In this document: one piece after another, positions 1 to 7,991 of the stretch | Layout of the letters: each line of letters opens with the position of its first letter | Numbering within the stretch: the first letter of the stretch is position 1 | From: an uncultured archaeon | Lineage (GTDB): Archaea; Aenigmatarchaeota; Aenigmatarchaeia; CAYQNF01 | Length of the DNA stretch: 34,618 bases | Reading direction: 5' to 3' | Assembly (NCBI GenBank): GCA_964418905.1 | Contig: CAYQNF010000001.1 | Span: 1 to 34,618, forward strand | Position numbers and translations under genes: made by a program | The notes under the pieces: generated by a model | Seen by the model: the letters and a program-made list of their open reading frames with translations, nothing else | Databases searched by the model: none | What the model was told of the DNA's origin: nothing

Positions 1-118
1 AATATCTCAATTTCTTAACTTAATAGCAAATTCCATTAAAATAAAGTTTTTAATGACAAACGTATACTTTAAGATAGTTTATAAGTGTTGTAGTACAAAT
101 AATCATACGTGATTGATT

Positions 119-1888
119 ATGTGCGGTATCATTGGATATCTTTCGAAGGGCAAAAGGAAGAACATTAGCTCTATTCTTATCGATTCTCTTAAAAAATTGG
201 AATATAGAGGATATGATTCATGGGGATTAGCTATAGACACACCAGAAGGATTTGACATAAAAAAGAGAGTCGGGGAAATAGGTAAATTCTCAGATGAGAT
301 TGAATCAAATTCTGTTATGGGTCTTGGTCATACTAGGTGGGCAACTCATGGAGAAGTTAATGAAGATAATTCACATCCTCATAGTTCTTGCTCAGAAGAT
401 ATAGTAGTAGTTCATAATGGAATAATAGAAAATTACGGAGAACTGAAAAAAGAGTTAGAAAAAGAAGGACATCAATTTTCCTCATCGACTGATACTGAGA
501 TAATATCTCATCTAATTGAAAAATATGTTGATTCGGGATTAGATTTTAAGGAAGCGACTGTTAAGGCTGTTAAGGGTCTTGAAGGTAGTTATGCCATAGC
601 GGCTATGCATAAAGATTATGATTATTTAATAGCAACTAGAAAGGGATCGCCTCTTGTTGTTGGAGTAGGAGAAGACGAGTATTTTATATCGTCCGATATA
701 CCAGCTTTTCTTGAACATACAAGAGATGTAATCTATCTTTCTGATAACGATTTTGTTACAATAGAAAATGATATAGAAATAATAGACAGTAAAAGCGGAG
801 ATTTAGTTAATAGACCTATAGATACAATAGAATGGGACGTGGAGCAGGCGGCCAAGGGAGATTTCGAGCATTTCATGCTCAAGGAGATATCTGAGCAAGT
901 TGATACTGTTAAAAAGTCTATACAACAGGACAGAAGTAAAATCGAATATTTCACACGATCGATAAAGGATGCAAAAGGAATTTTCTTTGTTGCTTGCGGT
1001 ACTTCTTACAATGCATGTCTTGCGGCCAGTTATGTTTTTTCTAAAGTGGCAGAAGAACATGTTAATGTTGTACTTGCGTCAGAGTTTCCTAATTATGAAC
1101 ATTTTTTAACAGATGAGACTTTAGTTATAGCAGTTTCACAAAGCGGGGAAACTGCCGACGTTCTAGATTCTGTCAAGACAGCAAAGAAGAAAGGAAGTAA
1201 GGTATTATCCTTAGTAAATGTTATGGGATCCACTCTGACCAGAGAATCTGATGAGTATCTTACATTAAACGCGGGTCCTGAGATAGGCGTTGCGTCCACA
1301 AAGGCATATACTTCACAATTGGCGCTTTTAACACTTTTAGTTTATGATTTGGTAGAAGAATACGAAGAAGGGAGAAATAAACTGGAGTTTGCTTGGAACG
1401 AAATTTATAATCTTACTTCAAGAACTATGAGAGAAAAAATAGATACATTGGCCAACGATCTCAAAGATAGGGATAACATGTTCCTGATAGGGAGGGGCCT
1501 TCAGTACTCAACGGCTCTTGAAGCTGCTTTGAAAATAAAAGAAATTTCATATATACACGCAGAGGCATTTGCTGGAGGAGAGTTGAAACATGGTACAATA
1601 GCCCTTATAGAAGACGGTACTCCTTGTATAGTTTTTGTATCGGAAAATAATGAAAAGGAGATTATATCAAATGCCATGGAGGTTAAATCTCGCGGAGGTT
1701 ATATAATCGGAGTATCCCCAAATGATAGTGATGTATTTGATTTCTGGATAAAGGTTCCGGAAATGAACGGAGAGAACCCAATAGTTCAAATAATACCAAT
1801 GCAAATTCTTGCTTATCAGTTAGCAGTTCTTAGAGGCAACAATCCAGATAAGCCCAGGAATCTTGCAAAAAGCGTGACGGTTAGGTGA
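119..1888 (+). CDS. glmS: glutamine--fructose-6-phosphate aminotransferase (isomerising), GlmS
   Basis: ORF 113..1888. The N-terminus MCGIIGY needs the catalytic Cys directly after the initiator Met, so the start is ATG 119, not TTG 113. Also has HTRWATHG, two SIS-domain segments (GTSYNA, SQSGETAD) and the GlmS-type C-terminus KPRNLAKSVTV. Confidence 0.96.
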   Translation: MCGIIGYLSKGKRKNISSILIDSLKKLEYRGYDSWGLAIDTPEGFDIKKRVGEIGKFSDEIESNSVMGLGHTRWATHGEVNEDNSHPHSSCSEDIVVVHNGIIENYGELKKELEKEGHQFSSSTDTEIISHLIEKYVDSGLDFKEATVKAVKGLEGSYAIAAMHKDYDYLIATRKGSPLVVGVGEDEYFISSDIPAFLEHTRDVIYLSDNDFVTIENDIEIIDSKSGDLVNRPIDTIEWDVEQAAKGDFEHFMLKEISEQVDTVKKSIQQDRSKIEYFTRSIKDAKGIFFVACGTSYNACLAASYVFSKVAEEHVNVVLASEFPNYEHFLTDETLVIAVSQSGETADVLDSVKTAKKKGSKVLSLVNVMGSTLTRESDEYLTLNAGPEIGVASTKAYTSQLALLTLLVYDLVEEYEEGRNKLEFAWNEIYNLTSRTMREKIDTLANDLKDRDNMFLIGRGLQYSTALEAALKIKEISYIHAEAFAGGELKHGTIALIEDGTPCIVFVSENNEKEIISNAMEVKSRGGYIIGVSPNDSDVFDFWIKVPEMNGENPIVQIIPMQILAYQLAVLRGNNPDKPRNLAKSVTVR

Positions 1889-1892
1889 TATT

Positions 1893-2420
1893 ATGGCATT
1901 CCCGATCAATGTTTTTTTAGATGAGCCCAATAGAGTTATAGAATATAAGAATATTTTATTGGCAGAATATATAGTAGACGATGTCTTCGTTTATGAAGGA
2001 TCTAGGGTTCACGATAACTGTGTCTTAGAGGGACCGTCTTTCATAGGACCCGGCTGTCAGATTGGTCCTTTTGCCCATATACGACCGGGGACATATCTAC
2101 AAGGTAATAATAGGATAGGAAGAAGCGAAATTAAAAATTCTATAATGTTAGAGGGAGCAAGCGCTCCGCATTTCAATTATGTAGGAGATTCTATTCTAGG
2201 CAATAATGTTAATCTGGGAGCAGGAACTAAGATTGCAAATCAAAGAATAAATAAAGAATCAATAAGAGTCGATGGAGAGGGATATGAGAAGTTTGGAGCA
2301 ATATTGGGAAATGATGTAAGAACAGGAATTAATGTTTCCATATATCCCGGAGAGATTATAGATCATGGTTCATATGTATATATGGATCTTGATACAGGTA
2401 AGAGAGTGATTAGAAAATGA
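1893..2420 (+). CDS. hexapeptide-repeat (left-handed beta-helix) acetyltransferase, GlmU C-terminal-domain-like
   Basis: 175 aa. HFNYVGDSILGNNVNLGAGTKIAN...FGAILGNDVRTGINVSIYPG resembles the acetyltransferase half of GlmU. It starts 4 nt after the glmS stop, and its stop overlaps the next ATG (ATGA at 2417..2420). Confidence 0.8.
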   Translation: MAFPINVFLDEPNRVIEYKNILLAEYIVDDVFVYEGSRVHDNCVLEGPSFIGPGCQIGPFAHIRPGTYLQGNNRIGRSEIKNSIMLEGASAPHFNYVGDSILGNNVNLGAGTKIANQRINKESIRVDGEGYEKFGAILGNDVRTGINVSIYPGEIIDHGSYVYMDLDTGKRVIRK

Positions 2421-3103
2421 AAGCAGTGATACTTGCAGCAGGAAGAGGAACTAGAATGGGTGAATTGACAGAAGAAACTCCTAAACCACTTATCGAGGTA
2501 AACGGAAATCCATTTCTTTATTATTTAATGAAAAATGTAAAAAATGCAGGAATAAATGAAATAGCGGTTATAGTTTCTTACAAAAAAGAAAAGATCTATG
2601 ATTTCATAGAAGAGGGATTTCCAGGATCAGAAATAATAGAACAGGGAGAACCTCTTGGTACAGGTCACGCAGTTTCTAAAGCAAGGGATTTCATAGATGG
2701 TGATAATTTTATTGTTATAATGGGGGACAATCTATACTCTTCTAATGATATTATGAAGATATCAGAGCAGAACGAAAATGTGATAGCCGGTTACGAAGTA
2801 GATAATCCGGAAAGATATGGAGTTCTTGAAATCGATGACGATAAATTAATTTCTATAACAGAAAAGCCAAAAAATCCACCATCAAATCTGATAAATACAG
2901 GGCTTTACCGTTTCACTCCGGAAATTTTCGAAGCTTTGGAAAATATAGAGAAATCTCCTAGAGGAGAGTACGAATTAACAGACGGAATTTCTATTTTAGC
3001 AAAAGAAGGAAAGGTTAAAATTTACAAATTAGGGGATTATTGGCTTGATTTTGGAAAACCTGAGGATATTCCTAAAGTTGAAAGATTTTTGAATAATAAT
3101 TAG
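2417..3103 (+). CDS. sugar-1-phosphate nucleotidylyltransferase, GlmU N-terminal-domain-like
   Basis: 228 aa. MKAVILAAGRGTRMG...PKPL is the G-x-G-T-R nucleotidyltransferase signature, followed by GTGHA and MGDNLY. Translationally coupled to the upstream LbH gene. Confidence 0.88.
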   Translation: MKAVILAAGRGTRMGELTEETPKPLIEVNGNPFLYYLMKNVKNAGINEIAVIVSYKKEKIYDFIEEGFPGSEIIEQGEPLGTGHAVSKARDFIDGDNFIVIMGDNLYSSNDIMKISEQNENVIAGYEVDNPERYGVLEIDDDKLISITEKPKNPPSNLINTGLYRFTPEIFEALENIEKSPRGEYELTDGISILAKEGKVKIYKLGDYWLDFGKPEDIPKVERFLNNN

Positions 3104-3104
3104 T

Positions 3105-3146
3105 GGGCACGCTGTATTATCTTAAAAAGATTAGACGAGCGTGCCC
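3105..3146 (+). other. GC-rich imperfect hairpin downstream of the glmS/glmU-like operon
   Basis: GGGCACGCT (3105..3113) pairs perfectly with AGCGTGCCC (3138..3146). The inner stem is ATCTT/AAGAT around an AAA triloop. It is the most GC-rich intergenic element I saw in the window. Confidence 0.6.
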
Positions 3147-3256
3147 GAGTTTCCTACCATAAAAAAGCAGACTGCCTCTTGTGGAAGCAATCTGGATATA
3201 GTACTTCTCGTACACTCCTTATAAGCTTTTTTATAGAGTAAAAGATAATTTCTAAT

Positions 3257-3658
3257 ATGGATGATAGTGACAGGAGAAGTATAGCAATATACGGGCCAAT
3301 CGTTCTTATTCCCTTCTTAGTCATATTCTTTTTCTTATTCACTCTTTATGATAGCTACAAAGAATTAGAGATTGATGGCTTCAATGATTTAGTTGTTACA
3401 GACGCTATAAAACAAAATGATAAACTCACTTTGTCGATAAAGAACAATAATGAAAATAAGGTAAGAGTTGAAAATATTACAATAAATGGAATAAAATATG
3501 ATTTCTATAGAGAACTTGAACCTATGGAAGAAAATTGGTTCGATACTGGTATGGAAGTAGATTTAGGTATCAAGACATTCATAATAGAAATTCATTATAC
3601 TGTTTTAGATTTAGATATGAGCAGAAAAAGTAGAGGCAAAGTTCAAGGGATAGTTTAA
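3257..3658 (+). CDS. hypothetical small membrane-anchored protein
   Basis: 133 aa with one N-terminal hydrophobic helix (IAIYGPIVLIPFLVIFFFLFTLY) and a beta-rich tail. No family recognised and the start is uncertain. Confidence 0.5.
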   Translation: MDDSDRRSIAIYGPIVLIPFLVIFFFLFTLYDSYKELEIDGFNDLVVTDAIKQNDKLTLSIKNNNENKVRVENITINGIKYDFYRELEPMEENWFDTGMEVDLGIKTFIIEIHYTVLDLDMSRKSRGKVQGIV

Positions 3659-4410
3659 TTTTTTAGAGCGCTTATGTAATGCTTGATTTTTGGCATTGTT
3701 GGTTTTTCGTATCTTTTTCCTGTTATGTGAGCTGCTATCTTTTTGAACTTTAATGATGATGGAGCATATGGCCTATGTTTAACAACGGGCTCCTTTTCGT
3801 TTATAGCCTTCTTCACGTTCTCGTCGTCCGGTACTATGTCTAGAACGGGGGCTTCGCAAATCATCTCTATTTCAGATGGTTTTAATTCATAATTCTTTTT
3901 ATTCGCCTTGTTTACTACAACGCCCAGTATTTGTTTTTCAGGCGAAAGACTTCTTATCGTTTGTAATACTTTAACAGCATCTGTAACTGCCGGAGTCTCT
4001 GGATTTGTTATAACTATAAATTCGTCGCATAATCTCAAAACTTCTATAGAATCTTTGTTAAGTCCAGGAGGAGAGTCGATTAAAATGTAACCGTTTAGAT
4101 TGTTTAATTGCTTCTTTAATTTCCTATGGTCAAATGAGATGTAATTATATGCCAGAGAACTTGGAAGCATTCTTAATCCTGATGAATGTATGTGAATGGA
4201 CTGCATAATGTCTTTTCCTTCTATTACATCTTCCAATGTAGCAGGGAAAGAGTACATCCCTAATTGAATACCTAAATTGCTTGTTGTTATATCTGTATCG
4301 ATTAGAACTACGTCTTCACCAAGTTCATGCATTGCAGCGCCAAGATTTATTGTGCTTACGGTCTTACCTACACCGCCTTTACCTGAAATTATTCCTATTG
4401 TTCTTAACAT
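3655..4410 (-). CDS. minD: MinD/ParA-family P-loop ATPase (archaeal MinD-like)
   Basis: 251 aa with the deviant Walker A GKGGVGKT near the N-terminus and IDTD/IDSPPG motifs. GGTGG lies a few nt upstream of the ATG on the minus strand. Confidence 0.9.
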   Translation of the reverse strand: MLRTIGIISGKGGVGKTVSTINLGAAMHELGEDVVLIDTDITTSNLGIQLGMYSFPATLEDVIEGKDIMQSIHIHSSGLRMLPSSLAYNYISFDHRKLKKQLNNLNGYILIDSPPGLNKDSIEVLRLCDEFIVITNPETPAVTDAVKVLQTIRSLSPEKQILGVVVNKANKKNYELKPSEIEMICEAPVLDIVPDDENVKKAINEKEPVVKHRPYAPSSLKFKKIAAHITGKRYEKPTMPKIKHYISALKN

Positions 4411-4540
4411 TTGTCCACCGTGCCGCGAATAGTATAGTTAGTAATAGCTTAAATAAAAAGCTTTTCAAAATAAATTAACAACTAAGATATATATTAGTTA
4501 AAATAAAATAGTAAATCTAACTACTTGTAAAGGATCCAAA

Positions 4541-4867
4541 ATGTCTAAGAGAGAATTCAGAATTCAGTTGAGAAAAATATTGTTGAACTCGGAAAGAAAG
4601 AGGTATTCCGTGAATTTTTACAGATTCATAGTATTGGGAATAGCTGCTTTATTTATAACAACTATGATTTCTATTTCTGTGAGTAATACTTTAGTTTTCT
4701 TAACTTTTGCAATACCTTTAGTTTGTTTTTGGAAGGCTATAGACTACAGACAGATGTCAAATGAGAGGGATGAACAGGTCCGAGCACTTACTGTTAATGA
4801 GATAAACGATGTAATCAAAAAAGGACAAACTAGTCCTAAAGACGAAAAAGAAGCAGCTGCTAATTAA
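4541..4867 (+). CDS. hypothetical membrane protein (two predicted TM helices)
   Basis: 108 aa with a basic N-terminus, two hydrophobic segments and a charged C-terminal tail. No family recognised. Confidence 0.5.
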   Translation: MSKREFRIQLRKILLNSERKRYSVNFYRFIVLGIAALFITTMISISVSNTLVFLTFAIPLVCFWKAIDYRQMSNERDEQVRALTVNEINDVIKKGQTSPKDEKEAAAN

Positions 4868-4899
4868 AGATATTTAAGATTTTTTAAACAAGAATAGGT

Positions 4900-6054
4900 A
4901 TGACAATTCTTTCTTCTGATGGGATAGAAACGGCCATGGAAAGGGGAGAAATCCTATTTCTTGATGGGAATAACGATTCTTATCCATTTGCATATCATTT
5001 TGACGATGGGCATCTACAGGGCGGTAGTGTAGAGCTTGGAGGTCATGAAAATTCAAGAATATGGAGAACTAGTTATAGAATAGCTCATGGAGATTTCAAA
5101 CCCGATCGCAGTAAAGCTACTTTAATAGAGCCCGATTCAGAGGGGAAGATAACACTACATCCTAATGAAGTTGTATATGTAGAAGGGCCAAAATTACAAA
5201 CTGATTATCATACTCTTTCTCAAGGAAGAAGTAGTCTTGGTAGACATTTTATAGAAGCAAATGTGATAGGCAATGGGAGGAAAAATGTTCTTCCTAATAG
5301 GGAGCCTAGACCCACTTGGATTGAGTTACAGTCCCATGTTCATACTATTAGATTAGATCCTACGGATAATTTAGCTCATTATATTTTTGAAAAAGATGAT
5401 ATGAAAATACCAGAAAACGACGTAAGATCAAATTATGGTAAGTTGGGAGGTTTCGGACTTTTTGAAGATATAGATCTCAAGAGGCCGATACCTTTGGGAA
5501 GTGTGAGAAGAGGTTCAAAAGTAGGATTAACACTTTCCGATGAAGACGTAAAAATAGCGGTCCCTTCTTCTAGTGTGGTGGAATTTAAGGGAGAACCTTC
5601 TCTGAAGGAATTAGAAGAAGAGCTTTATCAAATTGCATCTTTCCATGATGGAGAATTGGTTATACCTCCGGGAACTAGAATGCTTGCCCATACTAATGAA
5701 GTTGTTCATTTATCAGATGAATATATAGGAATAATGGACGATTATAGTCCCGAAGCTGATTTACATCCTCATGTAAGTGCTGGTATAGGAGATCCAGGAT
5801 TCCACGGTCAATATACATTAGAAATTGTTTATAATGGACAAACTCCTCTTTGTTTAAAATCAGGAAACGAAATAGCAAGGTACGGTTTCCATAAATTAGA
5901 TCAAAGGACGTCAAAACCTTACGGAAGCGAGAAAAGCAAGGGCGGGAATAATCAATATAAAGGTCAAGAAGGTACAACACTGCCTAGGTCTAGAAGAGGG
6001 ACTCCTGGGACAAGAAGAGTGATCGAAGAACTAGATAAAGAGTTAGAGGATTAA
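4900..6054 (+). CDS. dCTP deaminase/dUTPase-fold protein, tandem-domain (long DCD-like) form
   Basis: 384 aa. The N-half has ILSSDGIETAMERGEI, LQGGSVELGG, LHPNEVVYV and GRSSLGR (Dcd Ser/Arg motif). The C-half has VSAGIGDPGFHGQYTLEIVYNG (Dcd DPGF..TLE motif), PYGS and YKGQEG..PRS (Dcd C-terminal tail). Confidence 0.72.
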   Translation: MTILSSDGIETAMERGEILFLDGNNDSYPFAYHFDDGHLQGGSVELGGHENSRIWRTSYRIAHGDFKPDRSKATLIEPDSEGKITLHPNEVVYVEGPKLQTDYHTLSQGRSSLGRHFIEANVIGNGRKNVLPNREPRPTWIELQSHVHTIRLDPTDNLAHYIFEKDDMKIPENDVRSNYGKLGGFGLFEDIDLKRPIPLGSVRRGSKVGLTLSDEDVKIAVPSSSVVEFKGEPSLKELEEELYQIASFHDGELVIPPGTRMLAHTNEVVHLSDEYIGIMDDYSPEADLHPHVSAGIGDPGFHGQYTLEIVYNGQTPLCLKSGNEIARYGFHKLDQRTSKPYGSEKSKGGNNQYKGQEGTTLPRSRRGTPGTRRVIEELDKELED

Positions 6055-6572
6055 ACTTTCAAAAATTCATCAATTATCCACATATTTCTAACTTCTGGAT
6101 GAAAGCTTACGCCATATATTTCTTTTTCTTTGTGCTTTATCGCCTGGATAGAGTTATCGGATTTAGCGATTGCGTCGAAGTTCTCAAGGTTAGTTATTCC
6201 ATTTCCGTGTAATGAGTAAGCCTTGAAATTCTCTTTTCCAAATAAATTCCCTGTTACTTCAATGAATCCTATTTCTTTATTTTCATTTATTTTCCCGTTG
6301 AATGTAGAAGCGATAATCTGAATACCTGAACAGATTCCTAATATGGGTTTATCTATCTTTTTCAGCCACGGGAATTTATCTAAGTCCTCAAGGAATTTAT
6401 TATCTTTCAATCCGGTACCGCAGATTATTATTTTATCTGATTTTTCTAGATCATCGTTTTTTAAATTTTTGTAATGAATGATTTTAGAATCTTCTATATA
6501 ATCTGAAAAAGGTTTAACAAATTCCAATTCATGTAGCTTTTCTTTGCATGTACTAACTAGAAGAACATTCAT
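6051..6572 (-). CDS. class I glutamine amidotransferase (GuaA subunit-A-like)
   Basis: 173 aa with the nucleophile elbow PILGICSGIQ and the His/Glu pair in VSFHPEV. Its ATG overlaps the upstream gene's TGA (ATGA at 6569..6572 on the minus strand). Confidence 0.85.
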   Translation of the reverse strand: MNVLLVSTCKEKLHELEFVKPFSDYIEDSKIIHYKNLKNDDLEKSDKIIICGTGLKDNKFLEDLDKFPWLKKIDKPILGICSGIQIIASTFNGKINENKEIGFIEVTGNLFGKENFKAYSLHGNGITNLENFDAIAKSDNSIQAIKHKEKEIYGVSFHPEVRNMWIIDEFLKV

Positions 6573-7246
6573 ACTAAATCTACCTCTTTAATTTTTATGA
6601 TACCGGAGTGGTTTTCGTATTCCTTTTCTGAATCTTTTATTTCTAATTTCTTTTTGAATAGCGGACAATCTAGAACTAGACTTTCGAATTCCCCACCTTC
6701 ACCGGCAGGGTTTATTTCATAATCCTTCTGTAATTGCTTAAGCTCATTTATAGACTCTTCGTTAATTTTTCTTCCTAGCCATTTCTCATCAAGAGGATAA
6801 CCTGCTATGGATGAAATTATAACATCAAAATTATTTTCTATTAGTTCTTCCAAAAGCTCTATCTGGTCTTTTTGCCAAAGTGGATTAAAACACCAAAGGT
6901 CTATATCCGAGCATATTTCCTGTACTCTAGATGCTTGGTACACCGATTCAACTGCGCCTGTTACTATACCTTCTATACCGTATTCATCTTTGGCATTTTT
7001 TATCGCCTTTCTTAGATCTTCGAGCTCTATTTCCTTTTCTCCTTCAGTTTCTTCTAAAATTATAGGTAACCCTATAGCTTCTGCTTGCTTTTCAGCTAGA
7101 GAAATATTTGGAGTGTGAAACATGAAGCTATGCTCATTTTTCGATAAAATAGAGATTAAACAGATTATTTCGTGATTATGGTTACTAGCTATAAGACCCG
7201 CAAATGTGCTATCTTTACCGCCTGAAAACAGCAATCCTAGTTTCAT
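6569..7246 (-). CDS. dph6: PP-loop ATP pyrophosphatase of the diphthine--ammonia ligase (Dph6/MJ0570) family
   Basis: Has the PP-loop LFSGGKDS and the family signature GEGGEFESLVLDCPLF. Start set at ATG 7246 (MKLGLL); the ORF track begins at an upstream TTG at 7255. Confidence 0.82.
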   Translation of the reverse strand: MKLGLLFSGGKDSTFAGLIASNHNHEIICLISILSKNEHSFMFHTPNISLAEKQAEAIGLPIILEETEGEKEIELEDLRKAIKNAKDEYGIEGIVTGAVESVYQASRVQEICSDIDLWCFNPLWQKDQIELLEELIENNFDVIISSIAGYPLDEKWLGRKINEESINELKQLQKDYEINPAGEGGEFESLVLDCPLFKKKLEIKDSEKEYENHSGIIKIKEVDLV

Positions 7247-7347
7247 GTTTATCAATAGAATTAGATACCGTAACGTTTATAAAGGCTATTTAAATAGTTT
7301 ATATATCAGATATTGTTTTTGCTGATACTAACTGAGGGGGTATAAAT

Positions 7348-7890
7348 TTGGCAAATAAATTTAACATTAGAATAGAGAACGTAGTAGCATCCACATCATT
7401 GGAAACGGATGTACCATTACATAAAATTGTTTCAACTATTGAAGGGACAGAATATGAACCAGAGCAATTCCCTGGTTTAGTTTTAAGATTGAAAGATCCT
7501 AAAGTAGCAGCTTTAGTGTTCTCTTCTGGGAAGGTTGTATGTACAGGAGCTAAAAGCCCTGACGATTCCCAAACTGCTGTAGATAAAGTAGTTAAAATGC
7601 TAAAGAAGGCAGGAGTAAAGATCCCAGGAAAACCAAAAGTTAGAATAGAAAATATTGTAGCTTCTGCTCAGCTTGGAACAGAATTGAACTTGGATTCAAT
7701 TGCATTCTCTTTGAGAAATGCAGAATATGAACCAGAGCAATTCCCAGGACTTGTTTACAGGATAGATGAACCTAAGGTAGCATTCTTGCTATTCGGTTCA
7801 GGGAAGATTGTATGCACTGGAGGTCGTAGTATAGACGACGTTAAGGTTGCAGTCAAGAAACTTTCCGTGACAATTGATGAGTTAGAGTAA
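7348..7890 (+). CDS. tbp: TATA-box binding protein
   Basis: 180 aa with two internal repeats (IENVVAS...EYEPEQFPGLV..SGK.VCTG). TTG start at 7348 is preceded by GAGGGGG. Confidence 0.96.
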   Translation: MANKFNIRIENVVASTSLETDVPLHKIVSTIEGTEYEPEQFPGLVLRLKDPKVAALVFSSGKVVCTGAKSPDDSQTAVDKVVKMLKKAGVKIPGKPKVRIENIVASAQLGTELNLDSIAFSLRNAEYEPEQFPGLVYRIDEPKVAFLLFGSGKIVCTGGRSIDDVKVAVKKLSVTIDELE

Positions 7891-7904
7891 ACCTCTACTC
7901 TCAA

Positions 7905-7922
7905 TTTTTTCTTTTATTTTTA
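7905..7922 (+). terminator. oligo-T tract downstream of tbp
   Basis: TTTTTTCTTTTATTTTTA follows about 15 nt after the tbp stop. Archaeal termination typically uses T-runs. Confidence 0.4.
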
Positions 7923-7965
7923 TTCTCCACTAGAAACCAAGCAGGGTTACCATTTTCATGAAAGC

Positions 7966-7973
7966 TTTTATAT
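7966..7973 (+). promoter_or_regulatory. TATA-like box upstream of mcm
   Basis: TTTTATAT is centred about 22 nt upstream of ATG 7992, which implies a leaderless or very short-leader mRNA. Confidence 0.4.
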
Positions 7974-7991
7974 CTCTAATTTGGCCAAATA

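Noticed and set aside
113-118. ORF-track starts at upstream TTG/GTG codons (113, 7255, 13482, 29859, 30986, 33295)
   Set aside because: In each case an in-frame ATG 2-9 codons downstream gives the canonical family N-terminus. Examples are MCGIIGY for GlmS, MWTEKY for Rfc[11 protein letters not shown] for S12, and MAK/MADK after GGAG for the elongation factors.
3154-3342. 62-aa minus-strand ORF overlapping the start of 3257..3658
   Set aside because: It is short with no supporting signals and conflicts with the longer plus-strand ORF. It cannot be excluded, but nothing supports it.
7448-7745. 25-nt exact direct repeat CAGAATATGAACCAGAGCAATTCCC at 7448..7472 and 7721..7745
   Set aside because: The copies are 273 nt (91 codons) apart inside tbp and encode the EYEPEQFPG segment of TBP's two structural repeats. 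This is explained by the known internal duplication, not by a mobile or regulatory repeat.
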